This document shows, in pieces, positions 55,462 through 64,000 of a stretch of DNA of 64,000 nt. Within the stretch, counting starts at the first letter, position 1, and each line of letters starts with the position of its first letter. A program made the position numbers and the translations under genes. The notes beneath the pieces were generated by a model, which saw only the letters and a list, made by a program, of their open reading frames with translations, did no database searches and had not been told where the DNA came from. The stretch comes from Thermoplasmata archaeon (GTDB taxonomy: Archaea > Thermoplasmatota > E2 > DHVEG-1): positions 1,408 to 65,407 of the forward strand of contig DQIQ01000003.1 in the NCBI GenBank assembly GCA_003942085.1, written 5' to 3'.

Positions 55462-58400
55462 ATGATGGCAAAGACATTACGAGTTTCATTATTGATCGGA
55501 TTATTCCTGGTCTCCTTGTTTAACCTCCCGGTATCCGCTGCGCAGGATCATTGGTGGGATGACACCTGGTCGTTCCGTCAGGAAATCATCCTTGGTTTTA
55601 AAACAAACACAGCCTTAGCACAATACCAGCCTGTCGATATCACCATACGATTTGATTCTCCTTGTTGGACGTTAAACGAAACTCAACACTCTGTGCGAGT
55701 CATCTGTCAATTAAAAAACGATGAGTTCGAACTTGAATCCCAACTTTATGACCTTGTGCACACCGATGATGCCCATATCAGTTCGTGCAATCTTGTGTTT
55801 CTCATTCCTCCACAGGCCGATGGAACAGAACAGTATTATGTCTATTACGATGATTCACCAACCGCTCCTCCTGACTATCCGGACCATGTGTCTATCGAGG
55901 ATTCGTCCTATTTCTATGAGCCAATTCCTGGATACCCTCTGGAATCCCATTTTTATAAAATTTCCCAAAATGACTCCATTCGCTATGTCGTAGCCCAGGA
56001 GGGTGAGTTCTTATGGTATTCGACCTCGCAGTGTGTGACAAAACTCAAGGAAGGCTCAACAGAGGTGATGCCAAAAAACGGGGAAGCTATCGCCTCTTTT
56101 GAATTTGTTTATTATTACGGATATGATATGTGGGAGTATAATTCTACAAGCCAGGTACTTACCGCAAAGGATATCCTCTGCGATGGAAATCTAATGGTAT
56201 CATGTCAGATTATCAGCAGGTCAACAGGAGGCGATCTGCAGACTACTGCGGTCTACAAATATTTCTATTGTCCAACGCCCTCTGAACGGATCCAAGTCCA
56301 TGTGATCCATAAGGCGTTGAAGGATTGCCCGGTTTATGCCCAAGCAAATACTGATGGGGTTTATGCCTCGCTGCAGTGCGGTGGGATGCGAAGCGCATCG
56401 ATTGCGGACCTGAATTTCGGGAAGATCTATCCTTATTATCATTTCTATTCTGAACAGGATGTCGTCGAGGAGTACCAAGTAGACCTCAACCCAGACTATA
56501 ATCAAGAAAACCCCGTGGTTCAGCTTGTTCAGACATCAGATGATGTCGACATTGGGAAGAACGCCTGGGTCTCGTTTGATGAAGGGACCACGGGGACCGT
56601 CCATGCATTGGTCTTTGGCTCTTCTTCTGTTGTAAAGACTGGAACTGATGAGCGCGATGGGATGCAACTAAAAGCATACGAGTCTGATTATCCGCATCTC
56701 CCTGGCCTTGATTATACAATCGCGGCGTTGCAATGCTCTCGGAATGCCTATGAAAAAAACGCCTCTGGAGTCGATACAATGATTCCTCAGGGCTTTATCG
56801 CTGAATTTGATGCGGAGTTCTTCTCTTCACCCAACGGTGGGTATCCAATGGTTGAAGAAGAGGCAAGTATCTTTCAGGCACTTGTGCCGATGAAGCCATC
56901 GGTTCGGAATGATGGTTCTCCGAACGAGAACAAGACGGCAGAGCGTTTTTCACTCATGGTATATGTTCATGAAGCGCCATCGTTTCCATTTGGGTCAGCT
57001 TTGTCAGCAATCACGGGTCGTAATTTTCCATATGTCAATGTTGAAGTCTATCATGATAATGGGCTGATCTACTCTGGAACAGCTGGTCGGTTGCCTTTGA
57101 AATCTTCTGTATCTTTGGGAGGATCTTCCATCAAGGATATTTTCTCCGCTGCGGTTCGTATGGTTGACATTCGTAACCTTTCGTTGTTCAAAAGATTTTA
57201 TTTTCAGCAACTTGAAGCAGGTCGCTATGTCATCAAAATTTTTAAGGAGAACCCACGAATAGGAAACGAACGGCATTTTATCGGATATATGGTTGTTGAT
57301 CTAACGAAGGATTCCAAGATCCATGTGTTTTGTAAACCAGAAGGGTCATGTTCAGTCTCACTTGTCGATCAACAAGGGACTGGTGTCAGTGACGCTCAAG
57401 TGATGTTGATGTCGGATGGTGCGGTGATAGCCGAAAATAGTACGGATACCAACGGGTTTGCGCGTCTTGCTGCGCCCTGTAGTCGAAAGGAACCATATCA
57501 GTTAAAAATCTTATATCATGGTTTTGAGGTGATGAATGAATCCATCAAATTGCTATATGGACGCATATTGTTTCCACTGAAAAAATCATTAGAACTTGAT
57601 CGGTATGATTGGACGTTAACGCTGGTGGACCTGTGGGGGCTACCACCTGAAATCGATATTATCCCCCGACTGGCAAGTAATGGGATGCAGACTCAGACAG
57701 TGATTCGTTCTGAACAAAGCAGTCCTGGCATCTTCCATTTCACTGATCTGCTTCCTTCGACATATCAACTGCAGATTCAGTATAAGTCATTTGTTGTTGA
57801 AAAAGAAATTAAAATTCCATCAAACGATGAATCATTGGTATTTCCCGCGGAGTTCTCGGTTGAGTTCCGCATATTTGATTCTCGAGGCATGGCATTAAGT
57901 GGGGTGACGCTCCAGATGAGTCGTGGGGGGAAGACCCAGGAAACAGTCAGTAATGGCTCTGTTAGCATTTTATCACTCCCTCCCGGACTTTATCTGATAA
58001 AAACATTCTTTCAGGGAACGGTCATCGGTCAGCGATCATTAACCGTGATGGGTGAACGCAGTGTTGATATGATTACGAATCAGGAGCCGATATTTCCACT
58101 GATTTTCATTGTTGTTTCAGGTATTATGGTTCTTATTGGTTTAGTATTAAGTGTTAGGAAGAAAGATCCCCTGTACTTTCTTTTGGTCCTTGCGGTAAGT
58201 ATCCTGATCGTTGCGTTAATATTCCCCTGGTGGTCGTTGCAAGGGTCCTCCTCAGATATTGAGACCTCTTCAACACTGTTCCTTTTTCCCCTTGATCTAA
58301 TTTCAAGGACGACAACATCACAGGTCATCGCAGGGGAACTTACATTTTTCCCTCAGATATTTACCACGGTTATGACCCTGATTCCAGCATTTACGGTCAT

Positions 58401-58725
58401 CATCGGTCTGCTTGCCATACCAACTGTTTTGTTGAACCGCTTAAATAAAAAACAATGGCAAAGCTTCTTGTTGATAGCTATGCTGATTCTTCTGTTCTGC
58501 TCCCTTGTGTTATTTGTTTACGCAATGTCTGCGTTTACCGAGGTGGGTGTCGGTAGTTTTATTGGGCAAGGGACAATCGATGTTTCGGTGCAGGGTGAAG
58601 ATGCTGGAGTTCCAGTGTTATGTCAGTGGGGACCTGGGTTTGGGTTCTGGTTGTATGTGATATCCGGTCTGGTTCTTATCACGACTGTTAGCTTATATTT
58701 GTATCAGAATAAAAAAAAGAGGTAA
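55462..58725 (+). CDS. Large surface/membrane protein: signal peptide, DUF2341-like N-terminal domain, carboxypeptidase-regulatory-like Ig-fold repeats, C-terminal ~5-TM module
   Basis: MMAKTLRVSLLIGLFLVSLFNLPVSAAQ signal. HWWDDTWSFRQEIIL resembles the WW..W.yR start of DUF2341. VSLVDQQGTGVSDAQVMLMSDGAVIAENSTDTNGFARL and FRIFDSRGMALSGVTLQM...GSVSILSLPPGLYLIKT resemble CarboxypepD_reg-type repeats. Five hydrophobic helices follow after aa ~890. Confidence 0.65.
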   Translation: MMAKTLRVSLLIGLFLVSLFNLPVSAAQDHWWDDTWSFRQEIILGFKTNTALAQYQPVDITIRFDSPCWTLNETQHSVRVICQLKNDEFELESQLYDLVHTDDAHISSCNLVFLIPPQADGTEQYYVYYDDSPTAPPDYPDHVSIEDSSYFYEPIPGYPLESHFYKISQNDSIRYVVAQEGEFLWYSTSQCVTKLKEGSTEVMPKNGEAIASFEFVYYYGYDMWEYNSTSQVLTAKDILCDGNLMVSCQIISRSTGGDLQTTAVYKYFYCPTPSERIQVHVIHKALKDCPVYAQANTDGVYASLQCGGMRSASIADLNFGKIYPYYHFYSEQDVVEEYQVDLNPDYNQENPVVQLVQTSDDVDIGKNAWVSFDEGTTGTVHALVFGSSSVVKTGTDERDGMQLKAYESDYPHLPGLDYTIAALQCSRNAYEKNASGVDTMIPQGFIAEFDAEFFSSPNGGYPMVEEEASIFQALVPMKPSVRNDGSPNENKTAERFSLMVYVHEAPSFPFGSALSAITGRNFPYVNVEVYHDNGLIYSGTAGRLPLKSSVSLGGSSIKDIFSAAVRMVDIRNLSLFKRFYFQQLEAGRYVIKIFKENPRIGNERHFIGYMVVDLTKDSKIHVFCKPEGSCSVSLVDQQGTGVSDAQVMLMSDGAVIAENSTDTNGFARLAAPCSRKEPYQLKILYHGFEVMNESIKLLYGRILFPLKKSLELDRYDWTLTLVDLWGLPPEIDIIPRLASNGMQTQTVIRSEQSSPGIFHFTDLLPSTYQLQIQYKSFVVEKEIKIPSNDESLVFPAEFSVEFRIFDSRGMALSGVTLQMSRGGKTQETVSNGSVSILSLPPGLYLIKTFFQGTVIGQRSLTVMGERSVDMITNQEPIFPLIFIVVSGIMVLIGLVLSVRKKDPLYFLLVLAVSILIVALIFPWWSLQGSSSDIETSSTLFLFPLDLISRTTTSQVIAGELTFFPQIFTTVMTLIPAFTVIIGLLAIPTVLLNRLNKKQWQSFLLIAMLILLFCSLVLFVYAMSAFTEVGVGSFIGQGTIDVSVQGEDAGVPVLCQWGPGFGFWLYVISGLVLITTVSLYLYQNKKKR

Positions 58726-58729
58726 ATTG

Positions 58730-60133
58730 TTATTTTAGTTTGCGGAGTTGTTTTTCCTGTTCGCTTCTTATCTTGGCAAGTGCTTTTTCTTTATCGGTGT
58801 CTAGGATTGGGACGACAGATTTTACGGTCTCTTCTTTTGGTTTTACTGCTGGTTTTTTCAGCAGGATCGGCAGTTTTTTCTTTGGTTTTTCCTTCTTAGT
58901 TGGTTTTTTTTCTGGTCTTTTAAATAGAACAAACAGTTTCTTGCTGAATATATTGAATATTTTTTTCAGAATTGATTTTTCTTCATCTGGTTTTTGCTGT
59001 AATGATTGTCGGTAATGTTGATACCACAACATTGAGGATTTGTAATCGTCTTCCATCATTTTTCGTTCTTTTTCGTATGCTTCTTTATCATCTTGTTTTA
59101 AATCCTGTAAATATGCTTTTTCCTCTGGGATGTTCCAGGGTTTTTCTGGTTTACCAAGAATTTCCATGTCTCTACGTTTTTTTATAAAAAACCAAAATAG
59201 GAAAAAAAGTACGATTATGAGAATTATTGGAACAAGGACAATCCCGATGAGTGGGGAGAGATACATCCCTTTTGTGACAACGACAATAGTCCCCATGAGT
59301 TGTGGTTTGGGATCTGAATTTGAAGTTGCATAAATAGTTATTTTATTTGGGGTTCCGATATCAAAGAATTTTTCTTCTGTTAAAATAGCAATTCTTACAT
59401 TTTGTGATTCTTCGGGGCTTAGAACAATTATTTGTTGGGACGTTGCAATGGTTAATCCGTTTTCTTTAACGAATTCCAGCTTAAACATATCTCTATAATA
59501 ACCAAGATTGGTCAGTGAGATATCAAAATTTACAAACGAATGGGGTGCAACTTCTTTTGTCGTGATGTCTGAAGTCATTTCAAGATTATTAAGTGATGAT
59601 GCTTTTACTGGAACGTTAATATATGACATGCCATAGTCTTTACCAGACGGCTCTACTCTGATAACTTTAACACCAACAACAACTGCGTAATCAACTGCGA
59701 TATCATCAGTTTTTACTTCCAATACCAGCTTATAAGTTCTTCCTTGGTCTGCATTCGCTATGGTGTTTGGTGTTATTTTTGTATACCATCCCCGTGGATT
59801 ACCGCTAATAATTTCTGGTTCAAACCGCAGAGAGCTGTAACCTAAAAAAGCTTTCCAACTCGGATGTATAATTGGCCAGAGGTATTTTGTTTGGAATGGA
59901 AATATTTGTTGTAAGCGAGTCCAGTTAAGACCGTATCCATCCAAGACCGTAAGATTAATAGTTGTCCATTCCGAGGTTTTAATCGATGGGATTTTATGAT
60001 CTGCGGGAGTATCTATAGTGCCGACAACTTCGGCCGATTCGGTAAGTGTTTCTTGTGCGTGTACTGATATTGCGCTAAATAATATATAGCAAACTAGTGA
60101 AAGAGAGATAATTTGTTTTCCGCATCGATTCAA
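58730..60133 (-). CDS. Type-I membrane surface protein: signal peptide, two-domain beta-rich ectodomain (CARDB/NEW3-like), one TM, ~160-aa Lys/Glu-rich cytoplasmic tail
   Basis: Signal-like IISLSLVCYILFSAISVHAQ (TTG start inferred). The CARDB-like segment is HSFVNFDISLTNLGYYRDMFKLEF...VLSPEESQNVRIAIL. The TM is LSPLIGIVLVPIILIIVLFFLFWFFI. The tail is rich in K/E/P. Confidence 0.55.
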   Translation of the reverse strand: MNRCGKQIISLSLVCYILFSAISVHAQETLTESAEVVGTIDTPADHKIPSIKTSEWTTINLTVLDGYGLNWTRLQQIFPFQTKYLWPIIHPSWKAFLGYSSLRFEPEIISGNPRGWYTKITPNTIANADQGRTYKLVLEVKTDDIAVDYAVVVGVKVIRVEPSGKDYGMSYINVPVKASSLNNLEMTSDITTKEVAPHSFVNFDISLTNLGYYRDMFKLEFVKENGLTIATSQQIIVLSPEESQNVRIAILTEEKFFDIGTPNKITIYATSNSDPKPQLMGTIVVVTKGMYLSPLIGIVLVPIILIIVLFFLFWFFIKKRRDMEILGKPEKPWNIPEEKAYLQDLKQDDKEAYEKERKMMEDDYKSSMLWYQHYRQSLQQKPDEEKSILKKIFNIFSKKLFVLFKRPEKKPTKKEKPKKKLPILLKKPAVKPKEETVKSVVPILDTDKEKALAKIRSEQEKQLRKLK

Positions 60134-60167
60134 GATTTATCACTACCTTTTCTGGATGTTTGTGCAA

Positions 60168-61151
60168 TTAATTTCTATGACGTCTTTTTTGTAAAAATAC
60201 TAATATGATTGCGAAAGCTATGATCAGGAGGGGGAATTCGAATCCCGGGAGAGAAAATCCATTATTATTTACAATGAGATAGATACTTTCGCTACTGCTT
60301 GCTGATCCTGATGTGGAGATGGGGTACACTTCGGAAAGAAAATTTATTTCGAAACGCCCATATTCACTATGCCACCCAAAATCGTACGGGGTTATCAGTG
60401 AAAAAACAAATTCACCTTCTTGATTTGGGTAAATTCTTAAGTTCGGAGGATTTATTGTAGTAGTCCATTTTTCATCTGCTCCAATTATTTTTGGTGTAAC
60501 TTGGGTAATTTTATTTCCCATGTTCTGTACAACAATCCTAAAAGAAATAGATTGATGTGGACCAGATGTTCGAATTGGATTGTCTGTTTGAATGGATATT
60601 GTTGGGATGAACGATGGTGTAAATGGAATGTCTTTTTGGAAAGAGAAGCCGTTTATTCTTTTTATTGATTCACATGATACTTTGATACTAATTCTTTGGG
60701 GTTCAGCCGGTGCCTCCATTTTAGGTGAGATGATGAGAGTTGTGTTTTTTGTAAAAACTCCATCTGATTTAAATGGAATATCTGTTATAATGTCCGGTGA
60801 ACTAAAATAAATATTCGCCCATTCAGGTGTTTGAAGTAATTCTAAATGAATTTTTTGCATCGGACCGATAGGATTGCCAAACAGAATTAAATTATTGAGT
60901 GGATAGGGAATTTTACTAAATATATCTGGTATATCGGTCCAATAGCTTACGGTTATAGGGATGGACATAGCCACATCGATTTCGAGGGGTTTGTTTAATA
61001 TTGACGGATCATAATTTAAATCCATGTATGAGTGAAAACTAATCAATGCTGCTGACGCTGTTGAATCATGAGTAACAAGGAACGGAATAAGTGAAATTAA
61101 TAGTATCCCAATTATAATACTAGCTTTTATTGTTTTCAGATGTTTTATCAT
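60168..61151 (-). CDS. Surface protein with N-terminal signal/anchor, beta-rich ectodomain (CARDB/NEW3-like) and PGF-CTERM-like C-terminal sorting signal
   Basis: MIKHLKTIKASIIIGILLISLIPFLV start, with the ATG at 61149-61151 preferred over the GTG at 61187. The CARDB-like segment is HQSISFRIVVQNMGNKITQVTP...NLRIYPNQEGEFVFSLITP. The C-terminus is STSGSASSSES...SLPGFEFPLLIIAFAIILVFLQKRRHRN. Confidence 0.6.
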   Translation of the reverse strand: MIKHLKTIKASIIIGILLISLIPFLVTHDSTASAALISFHSYMDLNYDPSILNKPLEIDVAMSIPITVSYWTDIPDIFSKIPYPLNNLILFGNPIGPMQKIHLELLQTPEWANIYFSSPDIITDIPFKSDGVFTKNTTLIISPKMEAPAEPQRISIKVSCESIKRINGFSFQKDIPFTPSFIPTISIQTDNPIRTSGPHQSISFRIVVQNMGNKITQVTPKIIGADEKWTTTINPPNLRIYPNQEGEFVFSLITPYDFGWHSEYGRFEINFLSEVYPISTSGSASSSESIYLIVNNNGFSLPGFEFPLLIIAFAIILVFLQKRRHRN

Positions 61152-61378
61152 CTTAGTCACCAGTTTTTTTTTATTTCGTTTATACACATATTACTTTCTT
61201 TTCTAAGTATTTAAAGGTTGTTGTACACTTCTTACTCGAAGAAGAAGTAGTATGTGCATGTTAATATATAACCTACTTGATATAAAAATATTTGCATAAG
61301 AAAATGCCTTTTTCTCTAAAAAGGAGAAAAGGAGGTATGTTGATCCTTTTTTCTGAAAATCAGTTAACAATACACTAT

Positions 61379-61726
61379 TTACTCGATCACGTCGATTTTC
61401 TGGTCGCCTTCTTGTGTTTTCTTCGTTTTCTCAGTTCCCTTGTCTTTCTTCGTTGCGACTTTTCCAGGGAAATTGGAGAGAATTATAATATCGCCAACCG
61501 CGTTGACCCAACGGTACGGAACTGCAACATCAACGCTGCCTTCAACCAACGCTGGATTGGTGTTTGTGACCAGCAGGCTTCCGACTCTCTTATCCTCTAA
61601 CTCTAAAAACACGTTTTTGACATGACCAACATAGACTCCTTCACGGGTATAAACAGGTAGTTTCAGGAAAGAGGTGACCTCTTCCGGTTTCCAAGTGTCT
61701 TTTTGCATCATGTAATCAAAATACAT
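61379..61726 (-). CDS. PRC-barrel domain protein (CdpB-like)
   Basis: LKLPVYTREGVYVGHVKNVFLELEDKRVGSLLV...VAVPYRWVNAVGDIIIL matches the PRC-barrel pattern (G..lG.v.dv.id.....v..l.v); Lys-rich C-terminal tail. Confidence 0.7.
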   Translation of the reverse strand: MYFDYMMQKDTWKPEEVTSFLKLPVYTREGVYVGHVKNVFLELEDKRVGSLLVTNTNPALVEGSVDVAVPYRWVNAVGDIIILSNFPGKVATKKDKGTEKTKKTQEGDQKIDVIE

Positions 61727-61797
61727 TTACCTATATTAAAATGTGATGGTTTTAATGAACAGAATCTTTTTTGAGCTGCTATTTCCTATCCCCCGTA

Positions 61798-62955
61798 ATG
61801 ATTTCTCTCGATAGCCAAAAAAGACAAAAAATATTCGACGAACTAGAGCGATTGCATCAGCGTGATTTTTGTTTTTCCAGTGGTCATATCCTTGGTTCCA
61901 TGTGTACAGTACCGCATCCGATAGCACAGAAGGCGTATCTACAATTCTTGGAAACAAACCTTGGCGATCCAGCGCTTTGTCCAGGGACCAAAGAAATTGA
62001 ATCGCGATTCATCGGTTTTATCTCTAAACTCCTCCATGCTCCGAAAACATCGGTCGGACAAATCGTCAGCGGAGGAACCGAGGGAAATATCACTGCAATG
62101 TGGATTGCCAAACAGCTTTCTGGGAAAAAAGAGATAATTCTGCCACAGAGCGCTCATTTCTCGTTTCAAAAAATCGCATCCCTCATGGATATGAAACTCA
62201 TTGAAATACCTCTTAAGAAAGAGTATGTCATGGATGTCGCACAATTGAAAAAGAAAATAAGCAAGAGGACTGCTGCGGTGGTTGGTCTTGCTGGGTCGAC
62301 TGAGCTAGGGACCATTGATCCAATCCCTCAGCTGAGTGAAATCTGCAATGATGAACATGTCTTCTTTCATGTGGATGCTGCATTTGGTGGTTTTGTCATT
62401 CCCTTCCTCAAAGAATTACACTATACGGTGCCTGATTTTGATTTTAAACTCAAAGGAGTTACAACGATTTCAATAGATTCTCACAAAATGGGATATGCAG
62501 CTATTCCTCTGGGGACGTTGATGATTCGGAAGAAACAGTGGCTTGAGAGTATCAGTGTGGAATCGCCCTATATCAGCATTGAGAAGCAAGCAGGGATCCT
62601 AGGGACTCGATCCGGTGCGCCGGTCGCTGCTGCTTACGCAGTCGCACGATATCTGGGATATAAGGGGTACCGAAATATGGTTCAATCCTGCATGGAGGTA
62701 ACACAATATGCAGAACAAAGAATCACGGAGTTGGGACTTGCTCTGGTAATGAAGCCTACGATGAATGTCATTGGTGTGAAACTTAAGAAACCTGAACTTG
62801 TGGTAAAAAAACTCTCTGAACAGGGCTGGCAGCTAAATAAGGTCAAACGACTGTCCTGCATAAGGCTCGTTCTGATGCCGCATATCACAAAACAGATTAT
62901 TGATGAATTCATTCCAGTTCTACAAAAAACGTGTGAAGAGGTTGGAGAGATATGA
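61798..62955 (+). CDS. mfnA: Group II PLP decarboxylase MfnA (L-tyrosine/L-aspartate decarboxylase)
   Basis: GHILGSMCTVPHPIAQKAYLQFLETNLGDP aligns with my memory of the M. jannaschii MfnA N-terminus. PLP-lysine context SIDSHKMGYA. The ATG at 61798 is preferred over the TTG at 61771. Confidence 0.85.
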   Translation: MISLDSQKRQKIFDELERLHQRDFCFSSGHILGSMCTVPHPIAQKAYLQFLETNLGDPALCPGTKEIESRFIGFISKLLHAPKTSVGQIVSGGTEGNITAMWIAKQLSGKKEIILPQSAHFSFQKIASLMDMKLIEIPLKKEYVMDVAQLKKKISKRTAAVVGLAGSTELGTIDPIPQLSEICNDEHVFFHVDAAFGGFVIPFLKELHYTVPDFDFKLKGVTTISIDSHKMGYAAIPLGTLMIRKKQWLESISVESPYISIEKQAGILGTRSGAPVAAAYAVARYLGYKGYRNMVQSCMEVTQYAEQRITELGLALVMKPTMNVIGVKLKKPELVVKKLSEQGWQLNKVKRLSCIRLVLMPHITKQIIDEFIPVLQKTCEEVGEI

Positions 62956-63518
62956 GTCTTGAGCTTTTGAAGAAATCTTTGTATGAAGCCCCGATTGTGA
63001 AAAAAGGCGATTACGATTATGTGATTCATCCGATAACCGATGGAGTACCCTATATCACCCCTGAGCTTCTCAAAGAAGTATCTGATGAAATGAAGAAACA
63101 TATTAACAAATGTGGGAAGTTCGACCGAATTGTGACGATGGAGGCGATGGGAATCCCACTTGCTTCCGCATTGTCACTTGACCTAGGGGTTCCGTTTACG
63201 ATCATCAGGAAACGGCAATACGGGCTGCCTGGTGAGGTTTCTGTGGAACAAGTGACCGGATATTCAAAATCAAAGATGTACATTAATGGATTGAAGAAAG
63301 GGGACACAATTGTGATCGTTGATGATGTTTTAAGTACGGGCGGCACACTGCGAGCAGTTCTCTCTGTTTTTAAAAAAATGAATGTGAACGTAAAATGCGT
63401 GTATATTGCAATCAATAAAGGTTCTCACCTACAAGAGATTAGCAAAGAATTTTCTGTTCCGATAACCTCAATCATTACCATAGATGTCGTGGATGGAAAA
63501 GTCGTTCTGAAGTCATAG
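62952..63518 (+). CDS. hpt: Archaeal hypoxanthine/guanine phosphoribosyltransferase (type I PRTase)
   Basis: LLKKSLYEAPIVKKGDYDYVIHPITDGVP start and the PRPP-binding loop IVIVDDVLSTGGTL. It shows ATGA overlap with mfnA. Confidence 0.85.
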   Translation: MSLELLKKSLYEAPIVKKGDYDYVIHPITDGVPYITPELLKEVSDEMKKHINKCGKFDRIVTMEAMGIPLASALSLDLGVPFTIIRKRQYGLPGEVSVEQVTGYSKSKMYINGLKKGDTIVIVDDVLSTGGTLRAVLSVFKKMNVNVKCVYIAINKGSHLQEISKEFSVPITSIITIDVVDGKVVLKS

Positions 63519-63562
63519 GAACATATTTCATATAGTAGAAAGGTATAGGGGGCGTGATTGAT

Positions 63563-63769
63563 ATGACTGAGAAAATCCCACAACATATGCATTGTCAGAT
63601 TTGCGGAAAAGCAATCACAGCATCAGATACAGAAACGATGTGTTCTGACGAATGTAAAAAACGGTACCAAAACCTGACGAAACGACGAAAAATCTGGGTC
63701 TATATCATGTACGCGTTAATTTTCGTCATGATCGCAGTGTTGTTTATAGCACCGTACCTGAAAATATAA
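63563..63769 (+). CDS. Small Zn-ribbon + C-terminal TM protein (DUF2116-like)
   Basis: HCQICGKAI...CSDECKKRY followed by the hydrophobic WVYIMYALIFVMIAVLFIAPYL. The ATG at 63563 is preferred over the GTG at 63554. Confidence 0.6.
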   Translation: MTEKIPQHMHCQICGKAITASDTETMCSDECKKRYQNLTKRRKIWVYIMYALIFVMIAVLFIAPYLKI

Positions 63770-63811
63770 TCTTTTTTTCTTTTTTGAAGAAAAATAAATA
63801 GAGAATTTCAT

Positions 63812-64000
63812 TTATTCGCTGAGTTCTTCCTGTAGGTCGATGACCATTTCAGTGAGGACATCTTCGAAAATCTGATGGCGATATTCTTTCACTGAACCGT
63901 TTGCAAGATGCGCTCGTGCGACGAAATCTCGCCCATCTTTAAGGATTTCAATGTGACAGACCGTCTCCATGCTTGCCCCGTCCTGTTTTACTCCCGTATT
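63812..64000 (-). CDS. Partial (C-terminal 62 aa) hypothetical protein, 5' part outside window
   Basis: My reverse-strand translation is ...NTGVKQDGASMETVCHIEILKDGRDFVARAHLANGSVKEYRHQIFEDVLTEMVIDLQEELSE*. It is open to the window edge, and no family was recognised. Confidence 0.4.
   Translation of the reverse strand, partial: NTGVKQDGASMETVCHIEILKDGRDFVARAHLANGSVKEYRHQIFEDVLTEMVIDLQEELSE

Noticed and set aside
61306-61335. Hairpin CCTTTTTCTC-N7-GAGAAAAGG downstream of the PRC-barrel gene as something unusual
   Set aside because: Its position and T/A-rich flanks are consistent with an ordinary transcript-end structure for the minus-strand PRC-barrel gene. Nothing further distinguishes it.

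Overview
This is a densely coded archaeal chromosomal segment of about 60 genes. Archaeal hallmarks include ribosomal protein S3Ae, NAC, aIF2-beta, Alba, PriS, Orc1/Cdc6, proteasome beta, aCPSF1, Elp3, NreA and FtsZ. A TRAM-fused aIF2-beta points, from memory, towards Thermoplasmata-like Euryarchaeota. The content suggests an anaerobic peptide and amino-acid degrader: a secreted S8 subtilase, an M14 carboxypeptidase, an Ntn-hydrolase fragment, two glutamate dehydrogenases, NfnAB-like oxidoreductase, glnA, and hutI with a split ftcD. I found one tRNA, tRNA-Arg(UCG), and no rRNA, CRISPR array, transposase, integrase or recognisable defence gene. The strongest candidate for an undescribed system is the minus-strand string gdh -> 1002-aa -> 1067-aa (16194-23800). 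The two giant paralogues carry only the ATP-grasp PEP/pyruvate-binding half of PEP synthase/PPDK. They are fused to sensory inputs (tandem receiver-like domains in one, a sensor-like N-terminal module in the other). They share an unassigned C-terminal domain, and one also ends in a Pol-beta-type nucleotidyltransferase. Secondary leads are as follows. A three-gene cell-surface cluster lies at 55462-61151 and includes a PGF-CTERM-like sorting signal. A T-depleted, GC-rich island closed by a long-range inverted repeat lies next to the tRNA. Repeats and a perfect GC hairpin surround an RHH-ftsZ pair. S3Ae carries a ~97-aa acidic-then-basic tail. A 20-nt perfect palindrome sits in the subtilase/glnA divergent region. 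All functional calls rest on motif recognition by eye in the supplied translations. No database search was run.
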